Below, piece by piece: positions 28,844 through 37,653 of a DNA stretch of 64,000 bases. Source of the stretch: Armatimonadota bacterium (lineage in GTDB: Bacteria > Armatimonadota > Fimbriimonadia > Fimbriimonadales > GBS-DC). The notes below the pieces were generated by a model that was given only the letters and a program-made list of their open reading frames with translations, was not told the DNA's origin and ran no database searches. How positions within the stretch are numbered: the first letter of the stretch is position 1; every line of letters begins with the position of its first letter. Position numbers and translations under genes: made by a program. The stretch covers positions 3,664-67,663 of the forward strand of contig JBBIJY010000010.1 of assembly GCA_037445735.1 (NCBI GenBank), in the 5' to 3' direction.

Positions 28844-29848
28844 CTACGGGTTCGCCAGCATCCGCGCCGCTTCAGAGGGCTGAATCTCGCCTGTGAGCAG
28901 AATCGCTTTGCCATCGGCGCGACGCACCGTCGCCACCACACCTTCGAAGCCCTCGCTCAGGCGTAGCTGGCTATCGGCGCGACGCGCATCGGGACACTCC
29001 GCTGGCAGCAAGAACAGCGTGAAGCAGTCCAGCCCGTTCGAGTAGAGCGCACCCATCGCGAAGTGGGAACCTCCGCATGGACAGGAGCGTTTCAGCACCA
29101 TGATGCGCTCGTAGCCCTTCGGCGGCTGGTAAGCGCCGAGTTTGAAGCCCTGCTTTGGCTCCAGCGGCGCAATCTGCAGGGGTCGCTCCAGGCGCCAGTC
29201 GGGTGGCGGCGCTGGAGGCGCGGGCGGTGCCGCTGCCGCTGGCAGAATCTGGTAGCGGAACCGCTGTTCGTCGCGGATCAGCACGCCCTGCCGATTGTAG
29301 GTCTGAATTCGCCCCACATAGGGGGGGCTGCCGTCGGTAATCCAGTAGCGCTTGCGCAGGTAGCCGTCAGGCACCCATGCCTCCACCACGACCCACTGCT
29401 TGCCCTGCCACTCGGCGCGTTCCACCTCGCGCAGGCGGGCGTTGCGTTCGAACAGTTGCTGAATCTGCGCTTTGCCCGCTGCATCGAGCAGCTGCGGGCG
29501 CACGATGCACCGCCGTTCGAGCGGCAGCCAGCGCACCCATTCACGGCTCGTCACATAGGTCGTCGGGCGATATTCCCTGCCTCCTATCAGGCACGCCTCG
29601 GCGCCGCGCTCCACTATCTGCAGGTAGTCGGGATGCGGGCGGTACACCTCCAGCAGGGCGGGTAGCCGATCGGCGTGCGGGATCTGCACCTGCGCCTCCA
29701 TTCGGCAGGGCTGGATCGCGTCGTTGAGAATCGCCTGCTTCCATACAAGCGGCGCGCGGGGCAGCGTGGTGGAACGCTGACAGCCGCTGAGAGCTATCAG
29801 CAGCCCCATCAGGCACACCAGCCAGCGCGTCATGGGGTTCCGCATCAC
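28844..29848 (-). CDS. Periplasmic lipoprotein (lipobox LSGC) in the ECF sigma operon, possibly RseB/LolA-like
   Basis: Signal peptide with lipobox ALSGC; poly-Pro/Ala linker AAAPPAPPAPPP; immediately downstream of the anti-sigma gene. Confidence 0.5.
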   Translation of the reverse strand: MMRNPMTRWLVCLMGLLIALSGCQRSTTLPRAPLVWKQAILNDAIQPCRMEAQVQIPHADRLPALLEVYRPHPDYLQIVERGAEACLIGGREYRPTTYVTSREWVRWLPLERRCIVRPQLLDAAGKAQIQQLFERNARLREVERAEWQGKQWVVVEAWVPDGYLRKRYWITDGSPPYVGRIQTYNRQGVLIRDEQRFRYQILPAAAAPPAPPAPPPDWRLERPLQIAPLEPKQGFKLGAYQPPKGYERIMVLKRSCPCGGSHFAMGALYSNGLDCFTLFLLPAECPDARRADSQLRLSEGFEGVVATVRRADGKAILLTGEIQPSEAARMLANP

Positions 29849-30277
29849 TTATTGCGCCTCCACATAGGGATAGAGTTCGCCAGCGCCGCCGCTTTGCGCC
29901 CACTCGCGGTGCGCCTGCCAGTATCGGGCATAGGAGTCGACGACGGGCGGGTACGCAGATGTGGCGCGTTCCCAGATGAAAAACGCGAGCAGCAGCGCTG
30001 CCGCCGCTGCCGACAGCGTGGCGATGAGCGCGTAGCGACGGGGTTGCCAGCGTCGCGCCCGAATGCGGCTCTCAACGCCTGCCCAGATACGCTCCGACGG
30101 CACAGGCGGCGACCACTGCCGCAAGACCTGCGGCACGCGCTGGAGCAGCTGCTGTTCGTGGGCACAGTCGGGGCACTCCCGCAGGTGCGCCTCCACCGCC
30201 TGCGCCTGCTCCAGCGGCAGCACGCCCTCCACATAATCGGTGAGCCACTTCTGAACCTCATCGCATCGCATCACCAT
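29849..30277 (-). CDS. Anti-sigma factor, zf-HC2 type, single TM
   Basis: HLRECPDCAHEQQLL zinc-finger-like motif after an N-terminal helix; hydrophobic segment ALIATLSAAAAALLLAFFIW; overlaps the sigma gene stop. Confidence 0.7.
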   Translation of the reverse strand: MVMRCDEVQKWLTDYVEGVLPLEQAQAVEAHLRECPDCAHEQQLLQRVPQVLRQWSPPVPSERIWAGVESRIRARRWQPRRYALIATLSAAAAALLLAFFIWERATSAYPPVVDSYARYWQAHREWAQSGGAGELYPYVEAQ

Positions 30278-30863
30278 TCCCCCTGTTCACAAACGGTTCC
30301 AGCTGACGCCGCAGCGCCTCACGCGCCCGTGCCAGCCGCGACTTGACCGTGCCCACCGGAATCGACAGCAGCTCCGCAATCTCTTCCACAGGCACCTCCT
30401 CGATGTAGTGCAGCACGACCACGGCGCGATGAAGCGGGGAGAGTTGCCGAAGCGCCTGCTGGACACAGTCCTGCAATTCTTTCTGCTCGACCGCTGCCTC
30501 CACATCCTGGCTCTCATCGGGTATCTGCCATTCAAAGGGTTCGCCCTCCGAATCGTCATATAAGGGTGCATCCAGGGATTGGAACCGGATCAGTCGGCTG
30601 CGGCGCAGATGGTCGATGCCCAGATTGATAGCGGTGCGGCGCAGCCAGCCATAGAGTGTCTTTTCGATGTGCAGGCGCGGCAACTCAATCCAGGCGCGCA
30701 CGAACACCTCCTGGGTCAGATCGACGGCATCGTCGCGATTGCCCAGCATGCCATAGAGCAGTTTGTAGATACGCGCGTGATAGCGTGCGTAGAGCACCTC
30801 AAATGCCCCCGCATCGCCCTCTCTGGCACGCTGCACCAGCTCCGTGTCGGATCGTGTATTCAA
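30258..30863 (-). CDS. ECF-subfamily RNA polymerase sigma-70 factor
   Basis: Region 2 DAVDLTQEVFVRAW and region 4 IEEVPVEEIAELLSIPVGTVKSRLARAREALR. Confidence 0.85.
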   Translation of the reverse strand: MNTRSDTELVQRAREGDAGAFEVLYARYHARIYKLLYGMLGNRDDAVDLTQEVFVRAWIELPRLHIEKTLYGWLRRTAINLGIDHLRRSRLIRFQSLDAPLYDDSEGEPFEWQIPDESQDVEAAVEQKELQDCVQQALRQLSPLHRAVVVLHYIEEVPVEEIAELLSIPVGTVKSRLARAREALRRQLEPFVNRGNGDAMR

Positions 30864-31007
30864 CCCCTGCCCTTCCTGAACGAATAAGATATTAGCATGG
30901 TTCCTTCCTCCTTCTGCCCTCTGCGAAGCGGGGCAGGGTTTATATCCGCTTACGGGTGGGTTGAGCCCCTTCAGCCGTACCTTCCGCCTTAGCGGGGCGA
31001 ATGAAAA

Positions 31008-31050
31008 CCCTCTCCCCCACAGCGTGGGAGAGAGGGCACGAGGGTGAGGG
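31008..31050. repeat. Intergenic copy of the GC-rich palindromic element (CCCTCTCCCCC-acagcg-TGGGAGAGAGGG-cac-GAGGGTGAGGG)
   Basis: Lies between the ECF sigma start (30863) and the flotillin stop (31062); same arms as the intragenic copies. Confidence 0.8.
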
Positions 31051-31061
31051 CAAGGTCAGCC

Positions 31062-32948
31062 CTAATCGTCTTTGCCCTTCTGTCGGGCGGGTGGTTCTGG
31101 CTCGCTGGCAGGTTCGGCGGAGCTGGAGGCGGCTGCCGAATCGGTCTGCGCCTGCATGCGCACGGCGCCGATGCGCTGGGCAATCTGCATCAGCTGCTGT
31201 GCCAGCTCGCTGAAGCGCCCGTTGCCATCGCCGATTGCCTGCAGTCCGCTCAGTGCGCCGTCCAGTGCCACGCCCAGCCCCAGCCCTTTTGCGTACTGTT
31301 CGGTCATGCGGGCGAGCGTCTCGGGGTCGCCGAAGATGTTCATGTTGCCGCGGCTCATGAACTGCCCGATGGAGCGTGCCAGTTCGACCTGCACATCGCG
31401 CTGGGCTTCCACGCGCAGTTTCTCCAGTTCGAACTTGAGCGCGGCTTCGCTGTAGGTCTGGCGATATTCGAGCGCCTGACGCTCCACCTCCACGCGGGCG
31501 CGTTCCACCTCCACCTGCTCGCGGGCGATGTTCACATCGACCATCTTGATGGCGGTCTCGCCGCGGGCGACCTGCTCGCGTGCCTGCGCTTCGGCTTCGG
31601 CGCGGATGCGAATCGCTTCGGCTTCCAGCTCTGCCGCCTGCTTCTGCGCTTCAGCTTTTTTGACCTCGGCGAAAGCAGCGACCTGCACTTCGGTCTCGCG
31701 CTTGATGCGCTCCTGTTCGATCTGCTGTTTGGCAGCGATAAGCTTGGTCTGCGCTTCGCGTTCGGCGGCGGCAAGTTGCTGCACGGTGATAATCTGCTGG
31801 TTCGCCTTTTCGCGTTCCGCCTGCGCTTCGAGGGCTTTCTTTTCGGCTTCGGCACGCTGGCGCTCGGCTTCCGCGACGGCAATCTGCTTCTCGCGTTCGG
31901 CAAGTTCAATCGCTTTGGCGCGTTCGATGTCGGTCTTCTGCAGCTCCTGTTGCTTGAGCAGCAGCAGGCGGTCGCGCTCGATGGCGGCGACGCGCACGGC
32001 TTGCTCCTGCTGGATTTGCGCTTCCTGCACCTGGCGTTCCTGCTCGATGCGGTAGGTATCGGCTTCGCGTTTCTTCTCGGCTTGCGCTTTGGCGATTTCG
32101 GCTTGCTGGGCGGCTTCGGCTTCCGCCTGCTGACGCTCCAGCTCCAGAATCTCCTTGCGCGTCTGCACATTCTTCAGGGTGATCTCGCGCTGCGCTTCGC
32201 GCTCCAGACGGTTGCGCTCCACCAGCGCGGCTTGCGTGATCTCGGTGATTTTGCGCTTGCCCTGCGCGTCGAAGATGTTCGTGTCCGAAAGCAGCTCCTG
32301 CGAGGTCTGGTCCAGGCGCGAGATGGTCACCGATTCGAGCGAGAGACCGTTCTGTTCGAGGTCGGCGCGCACCAGTTGCTGCACCGCGCTGGCGAAGGCG
32401 TCGCGCTGGGCATGGATCTCCACCAGATCCTTGGTTGCTGCCACACTGCGCAGGGCGGAGACCAGCTTTTCAAACACCAGTTGCGACACCGACTGGGCGT
32501 TCACCGATTTATCGCCCAGCGAGCGCGCCGCGTTCAGCACGGAGTCTTCTTCGGGTTGAACCTTGATGTAGAACTCGGCTTTCACATCCACCCGCAGGTT
32601 ATCACGGGTAATCAGCGCGTCGGGTCCCTTGCGCTCCACCTCCAGCTTCATCGTCTCCAGCGAGACGGGCACTTTCTGGTGTAGAAACGGCACATACAGT
32701 CCGCTTCGGTCGATCAGCACGCGCCGTCCACGCCAGCCAGTGATGACATAGGCGAGATTGGCGGAGGGGCGCAGGTAAAGGTGCTTGAGCGCGAACAGGT
32801 AGCTGGACACGAAGATCAGCACACCGCCTACAACCCACGACGCAATCGACTGGGCGAGAGTCCAGTTGGCGACGAAGTTGCCGCCGACAAAGCCCAGCAG
32901 CGCCAGTGCTATGCCCAGTATCAGCATCAATCCCAGCATTGTGTTCAA
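31062..32948 (-). CDS. Flotillin-like SPFH/band-7 protein (YqiK/FloA type) with long EA-rich coiled coil
   Basis: N-terminal TM and SPFH domain (LETMKLEVERKGPDALITRDNLRVDVKAEFYIKV), followed by about 250 aa of E/A/Q/R repeats. Confidence 0.85.
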   Translation of the reverse strand: MNTMLGLMLILGIALALLGFVGGNFVANWTLAQSIASWVVGGVLIFVSSYLFALKHLYLRPSANLAYVITGWRGRRVLIDRSGLYVPFLHQKVPVSLETMKLEVERKGPDALITRDNLRVDVKAEFYIKVQPEEDSVLNAARSLGDKSVNAQSVSQLVFEKLVSALRSVAATKDLVEIHAQRDAFASAVQQLVRADLEQNGLSLESVTISRLDQTSQELLSDTNIFDAQGKRKITEITQAALVERNRLEREAQREITLKNVQTRKEILELERQQAEAEAAQQAEIAKAQAEKKREADTYRIEQERQVQEAQIQQEQAVRVAAIERDRLLLLKQQELQKTDIERAKAIELAEREKQIAVAEAERQRAEAEKKALEAQAEREKANQQIITVQQLAAAEREAQTKLIAAKQQIEQERIKRETEVQVAAFAEVKKAEAQKQAAELEAEAIRIRAEAEAQAREQVARGETAIKMVDVNIAREQVEVERARVEVERQALEYRQTYSEAALKFELEKLRVEAQRDVQVELARSIGQFMSRGNMNIFGDPETLARMTEQYAKGLGLGVALDGALSGLQAIGDGNGRFSELAQQLMQIAQRIGAVRMQAQTDSAAASSSAEPASEPEPPARQKGKDD

Positions 32949-32954
32949 TCCCCC

Positions 32955-33785
32955 TTAGGTGTCGGTTCGTCCCCCGACATGGGTTTGACGCCGTTCGGTG
33001 CTTTCCTGCCGATGCGTTTCGGGCAGGTTCGCGTCGAACGGGTGTGGCTCCACAATATAGTCGCCACTCTCTTCATTATACCTGACAATCAGCACAGGGG
33101 TTCCTGCCGGAATCGGCGGTTGACCCGGCAGGGTCTGACAGGTGACTCGAAGGATGTCGCCTGTGCGGCTGCGGATGTTGGCGACACCGGTGGTTTCGGT
33201 GATTTCGAACACGGCGCGCCCACTGCAACCGATGAGGTCGGTACGACGCATGGTGGGTTCACCGTTCAGCAAGCCCAGTCGCCGCACAAGGATGCCCGTC
33301 GTGCGTCCGAACAGCGCCATTCCGAACAGGCTGGCTATCATCGAAACGGGCACGAACAGCGCCGGCGCCTTCACAATCGGTTGCAGGATGGCGTTGACGC
33401 TCAGCCCGACCACGCCCCAGACCAGCATCAGCATCGGCAGGAGCACGGTCAGCGGCACGCCCATCCCGATGCCGAACAGCTGCAGGGTCTTCTGCACTAT
33501 CGACTCGCCATGCTCATCCGTGTGGGGTTTCACAGCGTGGGGCGATTCGGTGCTGTCATGGTGAGTGTCGGTCGTCCCATGCCCTTCCGCTGGGTGAGCC
33601 TCGGCACCCGCATGGTGAGCCTCAGTTCCGTGCACATCGTGCGACCCGGAATCGCCTTCGGGAGTATGCACGCCCAGCTCGTCCATCAGTCCCGTGACCG
33701 CCAGCCCGATTGCCAGCACGATCGCCACCATGAGTGGCAGCGCGAAAATAAAGTTCCACCATTCCAGCAACCCTGTCAGGGACAC
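32955..33785 (-). CDS. NfeD-like membrane protein (YqiJ family) with His-rich linker and C-terminal OB-fold
   Basis: Multi-TM N-terminus, His/Glu-rich loop (HDVHGTEAHHAGAEAHPAEGHGTTDTHHD), C-terminal beta-rich region; immediately upstream of flotillin, as in yqiJK. Confidence 0.65.
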   Translation of the reverse strand: MSLTGLLEWWNFIFALPLMVAIVLAIGLAVTGLMDELGVHTPEGDSGSHDVHGTEAHHAGAEAHPAEGHGTTDTHHDSTESPHAVKPHTDEHGESIVQKTLQLFGIGMGVPLTVLLPMLMLVWGVVGLSVNAILQPIVKAPALFVPVSMIASLFGMALFGRTTGILVRRLGLLNGEPTMRRTDLIGCSGRAVFEITETTGVANIRSRTGDILRVTCQTLPGQPPIPAGTPVLIVRYNEESGDYIVEPHPFDANLPETHRQESTERRQTHVGGRTDT

Positions 33786-33878
33786 CGCCCATCACCACTG
33801 TTTATTATAGCATGCGCTGGCGGGAAGTTCCCTGAAAAAGCGGGGGCAGGCGTGGAAAAATGCCAGTGGTGGCGTGCG

Positions 33879-35297
33879 ATGAGACAGGTGGATGTGCTGG
33901 TGATTGGTAGCGGACCTGCAGGTCAGCGCGCGGCGATTCAGGCAGCGAAGCTGGGGCGCACCGTCGCGGTGGTGGAGCGCCCCACGATGCTGGGCGGAGT
34001 GTGCATCAACACGGGAACCATTCCCAGCAAAGCGTTGCGCGAAGCGATCCTGCAACTGACAGGCAAGCGCGGTGGGTTCTATCTCGAGCCGCATCCCGCC
34101 GACACGCTCAGCTTCACGATTCAGGAGCTGGTCTCGCGCTGTCAGCCCATTATTCGCGCCGAGCAAGCCGTGATGCGGGAGCATTTTCAGAGGAACGGTA
34201 TCCAGATGCTGTGGGGAACCGCCTCTTTTGAGGATGAGTTCACGGTGCGGATCGCCCATCGCACTGGCAGCGAGCTGGTACAGGCACAGGCAATCATTCT
34301 GGCGGTGGGGACTGTGCCCGCGCGACCGCCCCATATCCCTTTCGATGACCGCCAGATTGTGGACAGCGATTCCTTTTTACGGATGCCCCATCTGCCCCGC
34401 AGCCTTATTATTGTGGGCGGTGGCGTGATTGGCACGGAGTACGCCTGCCTGATGAACGCGCTCGGTGTACGGGTGATGCTGGTGGAGGCACGCCCGCGCC
34501 TGCTCGACTTCGTGGACGCCGAAATCAGTGAGGCGCTGCAATACCATATGCGCTCGGCAGACATCACCCTCCGTCTGGGCGAGCAGGTCAGCGAGGTGCA
34601 GTTGCTGCCGAACGGGCTGGTGGAGGCGACCTTAGCCAGTGGCAAGCACCTGCGCGCGGAGGCACTGCTGTATTGCATCGGGCGACAGGGCGCAACCGCC
34701 GAACTGGGGCTGGAACGCATCGGGCTGCAGCCCGACGAGCGCGGACGCCTGCGCGTGAACGAGCGGTTCCAGACCGAAATCCCGCACATCTATGCAGTGG
34801 GCGATGTGATCGGCTTTCCCGCGCTCGCAAGCACTTCGATGGAGCAGGGGCGAGTCGCCGCCTGCTACGCCTGCGGCGAGCCAGTGGAGCCAAGCTGCCC
34901 CGTGTTCCCCTACGGAATCTACACTATCCCCGAGATTGCGATGGTGGGCAAAACAGAAGCGCAACTGACCACCGAAGGTGTGCCCTACGAGGTGGGTGTC
35001 GCCCATTATCGCGAGGTCTCACGCGGACAACTGCTCGGCGATACCAGCGGCATGCTCAAAATGCTCATCCACGAGGAGACACGCGAAATTCTGGGCGTGC
35101 ATGCAATTGGTACAGGCGCGACCGAACTGATTCACATCGGACAGATGGCAATCGCTCTTCACACCACCGTGGACTATTTCCTGCAGGCGATTTTTAACTA
35201 TCCGACACTTGCCGAGTGCTACAAGGTCGCCGCACTGAACGGCAGCAACAAACTGCGCTTGCTCCGCCAGCATATCACCCTGCCCCACGCTGCATGA
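33879..35297 (+). CDS. sthA: Soluble pyridine nucleotide transhydrogenase (Si-specific) / FAD-dependent disulfide oxidoreductase family
   Basis: VLVIGSGPAGQRAAIQAAKLGRTVAVVER...GGVCINTGTIPSKALREAI and C-terminal FNYPTLAECYKVAALNGSNKL align closely with E. coli SthA. The tracked ORF 32781..35297 carries a spurious 5' extension. Confidence 0.9.
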   Translation: MRQVDVLVIGSGPAGQRAAIQAAKLGRTVAVVERPTMLGGVCINTGTIPSKALREAILQLTGKRGGFYLEPHPADTLSFTIQELVSRCQPIIRAEQAVMREHFQRNGIQMLWGTASFEDEFTVRIAHRTGSELVQAQAIILAVGTVPARPPHIPFDDRQIVDSDSFLRMPHLPRSLIIVGGGVIGTEYACLMNALGVRVMLVEARPRLLDFVDAEISEALQYHMRSADITLRLGEQVSEVQLLPNGLVEATLASGKHLRAEALLYCIGRQGATAELGLERIGLQPDERGRLRVNERFQTEIPHIYAVGDVIGFPALASTSMEQGRVAACYACGEPVEPSCPVFPYGIYTIPEIAMVGKTEAQLTTEGVPYEVGVAHYREVSRGQLLGDTSGMLKMLIHEETREILGVHAIGTGATELIHIGQMAIALHTTVDYFLQAIFNYPTLAECYKVAALNGSNKLRLLRQHITLPHAA

Positions 35298-35352
35298 ATA
35301 AGCAACCCGGTCGCAGCAGATGAAATGGATCGGACCGTCCAGAACGAATAGA

Positions 35353-35382
35353 CCCCCTCTCCCACAGCATCGGGAGAGGGGG
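35353..35382. repeat. Intergenic palindromic element copy (CCCCCTCTCCC-acagcatc-GGGAGAGGGGG), likely a bidirectional terminator between convergent sthA and the PEP-CTERM gene
   Basis: Perfect 11-bp inverted repeat with 8-nt loop located between the sthA stop (35297) and the stop of the minus-strand gene (35402). Confidence 0.6.
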
Positions 35383-35401
35383 AATGAGCGCTTCGCGAGA
35401 C

Positions 35402-35983
35402 TCAAGCCACGCGCCGACGACGACGCAAGCCCAGCAGGCTTGCCAGACCGGTGCCAATCGCAATCAGACTGCCTGGCTCCGGCGCAATCACCTTCGAGGA
35501 GCCGCCATCGGGCAACGCCTGAATATGCACCATCGCACTGTTGTTCAAACCCGCGAAGTCCGACTCCGAAACACCGAGCAGAGTGAAGCTTGAACTGTTG
35601 CCCGGCAACAGGCGAGCGGAAGGTGGCGCAACCTTGAAATCAACCTTCACATTGAAGCTCAGCCCCGCATCGGTGAAGCTCCCCAGATTGATGCTTGTGA
35701 CGAACGGATCGCCTGTGAAGTTGGCTCCGCTGGGCAGCGTTGTGAACAGCAGGTTCAGCCGACTGATGAACTGACCCGCCGTGTTGGTTGGGCTGTTGGT
35801 GAGCGTGATCTGCACCCCGCCCAAGATGTTCGTGATGGTCATCGTCGCCCAGGGCGATGGACCACCCGGAGTGCCACCCGAATGAATCGCGTTGAACGCG
35901 AAGTTCACAGTGGCGTTCGCCGAATACAGCAGCAGGACGCTTAGCGCACCCGCGAGAGACATCAGTTTAAACGCTTTTGACAT
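35402..35983 (-). CDS. PEP-CTERM sorting-domain protein (small secreted beta-rich protein)
   Basis: N-terminal signal peptide; C-terminus [24 protein letters not shown] has the PEP motif, a TM helix and an Arg cluster. GGAGGT RBS 8 nt upstream of the ATG. Confidence 0.65.
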   Translation of the reverse strand: MSKAFKLMSLAGALSVLLLYSANATVNFAFNAIHSGGTPGGPSPWATMTITNILGGVQITLTNSPTNTAGQFISRLNLLFTTLPSGANFTGDPFVTSINLGSFTDAGLSFNVKVDFKVAPPSARLLPGNSSSFTLLGVSESDFAGLNNSAMVHIQALPDGGSSKVIAPEPGSLIAIGTGLASLLGLRRRRRVA

Positions 35984-36100
35984 GGTGTTTTACCTCCGTC
36001 ATATATAGACTCGATAATGCTCAAAAAGCGGACATCGATCTGGTTTTTGCTGCAACTTCTGTGCCATCGGCAGCGTTGCGCCCCCGTCAAACTATGGGAT

Positions 36101-36129
36101 TTGCACGCAACGTGCCGATGGGGTACAAT
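36101..36129 (+). promoter_or_regulatory. Candidate sigma-70 promoter for rplU (TTGCAC - 17 nt - TACAAT)
   Basis: -35 TTGCAC at 36101-36106 and -10 TACAAT at 36124-36129 with a 17-nt spacer, about 30 nt upstream of the rplU ATG. Confidence 0.45.
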
Positions 36130-36157
36130 ATTCCCCTGCATGGAGGAGACCGGAGCG

Positions 36158-36472
36158 ATGTATGCGATTGTTCAAACGGGCGGCAAGCAGTATCGCGCGG
36201 AGCCAGGCGCCATCATCAGTGTGGAAAAAATCGAGGCGGAAGCGGGCAGCCAGATCGAGCTGACGGAGGTGCTGCTGATTCGCACCGACGAGGGTCTGCG
36301 CGTGGGCGCGCCTTACATCGAGGGCGCGAAGGTGATTGCCGAAGTGGTACGACAGGGCAAGGGTCCCAAGATTATCGGGTTCAAATACAAGCCGAAGAAG
36401 AACGAGCGTCGGCGCTGGGGTCATCGCCAGCAGCTGACCTGGCTGCGCATCAAGGAGATTGTCGCAGGCTAA
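36158..36472 (+). CDS. rplU: 50S ribosomal protein L21
   Basis: [26 protein letters not shown]...[22 protein letters not shown] matches bL21; GGAGG RBS upstream. No rpmA follows. Tracked ORF 36017..36472 has a spurious 5' extension. Confidence 0.9.
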   Translation: MYAIVQTGGKQYRAEPGAIISVEKIEAEAGSQIELTEVLLIRTDEGLRVGAPYIEGAKVIAEVVRQGKGPKIIGFKYKPKKNERRRWGHRQQLTWLRIKEIVAG

Positions 36473-37653
36473 AGCCGGGTTGCCAGCAAGCCTGCGGCGC
36501 AGCCGGCGAGGAAGTAGGCGCGTTCCGCATCGGCGTCGCGCCCCATCGTGGTCAGGATCGCCCCCTGATCGAGGAGCCATTCCAGCACGGCATCGGCATC
36601 GATAATGTGCAGGGTGTGGCGATCTGGTATCGCCGCGCCCTGCAAAGCGTTCAGCACCCGCTCCATCTGGTCAGCGGGCAGTTGCGGCACCGCGACCGTG
36701 CAGGGCAGGAGCGCGACCTGGCTCAAAACGGTCAGTGAGTGGTGGCTCACGCCCTGATGGCGTGCGCGGGTGTCGCCGAAGCTGATGCGCAGCGCTGCGA
36801 TGGGCTGACCGCCAAGTGTGCCGATGGCGTTCAGCGCCAGCCCCTGATCGAGACCCGAAAAGCCCCAGCGCGTACCCGTGCCCAGATTGCCCGGACCCTG
36901 ACCGACCACCGCGAAATCGGCGTTCAGCGCGTGGCGGGCGAGCAATAACGCGCTATAGAGGTTCACCGCCTCCAGCTCGCCCCCGAACGCCTGCCCGACT
37001 GTGATGGTTCCTGCCAGCCAGCCGCGCTCCGTGAGCCAGCTCACCACCTCGCTGAAGCCGAGCGCGAGCGCCGCCGAATCGGTCATGATGTAGACGATTC
37101 GGGCGTCGGGGCGCGCGTAGCGAATCGCGCCCACCACAGGAATCAGATGGCTGTGCAGCAGGATCGCGACGGTGGGCATCCCCTTCAGTGTGCCTGTGAG
37201 CGCGTCGGGATAGCGATTCTCGGCGGCGGGCGCGGCGAACTGCAACGGCGTGTAGCGCAACCGCATCAGCAGCTCCCCCTCACCCGTACCCTCTCCCTCG
37301 CTGGGGGAGAGGGGCAGATGGCTCCCTTTCCCCTCTGGGGAGAGGGTTGGGGTGAGGGGTTGCATCGGCACGACGGCAGGCTCTGCCCCCTCACCCATGC
37401 CCTCTCCCCCGCACGCGGCGGAGAGGGTGGATAGCGCGGCAATCACAAAATCGTAGCCGCCAGTGCCCAGCTTCAGCGCGGTCGCCGTGGTGTTGAGCAG
37501 CACAGTATCGCCCGCCTGCAGGCGTCCATTAAGCGTGATGTAGTTGAGCGCGTTGCGCCGCTCCGCATCGGTGCGCACCTGCAGGTACTGCACGCCCGAC
37601 CGCTCGCGCACCACCTGCTCCACAATCCCGACCGCTTTGTAAAGCACGCTCAC
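36469..37653 (-). CDS. Conserved hypothetical protein (possibly DUF3866-like) carrying an in-frame palindromic-repeat insertion
   Basis: N-terminal [34 protein letters not shown] block. The internal segment [46 protein letters not shown] is encoded by repeat copies at 37275-37429. Family assignment is from memory and unverified. Confidence 0.45.
   Translation of the reverse strand: MSVLYKAVGIVEQVVRERSGVQYLQVRTDAERRNALNYITLNGRLQAGDTVLLNTTATALKLGTGGYDFVIAALSTLSAACGGEGMGEGAEPAVVPMQPLTPTLSPEGKGSHLPLSPSEGEGTGEGELLMRLRYTPLQFAAPAAENRYPDALTGTLKGMPTVAILLHSHLIPVVGAIRYARPDARIVYIMTDSAALALGFSEVVSWLTERGWLAGTITVGQAFGGELEAVNLYSALLLARHALNADFAVVGQGPGNLGTGTRWGFSGLDQGLALNAIGTLGGQPIAALRISFGDTRARHQGVSHHSLTVLSQVALLPCTVAVPQLPADQMERVLNALQGAAIPDRHTLHIIDADAVLEWLLDQGAILTTMGRDADAERAYFLAGCAAGLLATRL
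37275..37429. repeat. Three copies/halves of the GC-rich palindromic element inside the 36469..37653 CDS
   Basis: CCCCCTCACCCGTACCCTCTCCCTCGCTGGGGGAGAGGGG / CCCCTCTGGGGAGAGGGTTGGGGTGAGGGG / CCCCCTCACCCATGCCCTCTCCCCCGCACGCGGCGGAGAGGGTGG. Confidence 0.85.

Noticed and set aside
31044-32684. 546-aa + strand ORF antisense to flotillin (and 31528..32055, 31532..32170)
   Set aside because: Generated by the repetitive GC-rich coiled-coil coding sequence; Leu/Phe/Gly/Arg-rich with no motif.
32781-33878. 5' portion of tracked ORF 32781..35297 (838 aa)
   Set aside because: Only the last 472 codons (33879..35297) match SthA. The upstream part is an open frame running antisense through the nfeD gene.
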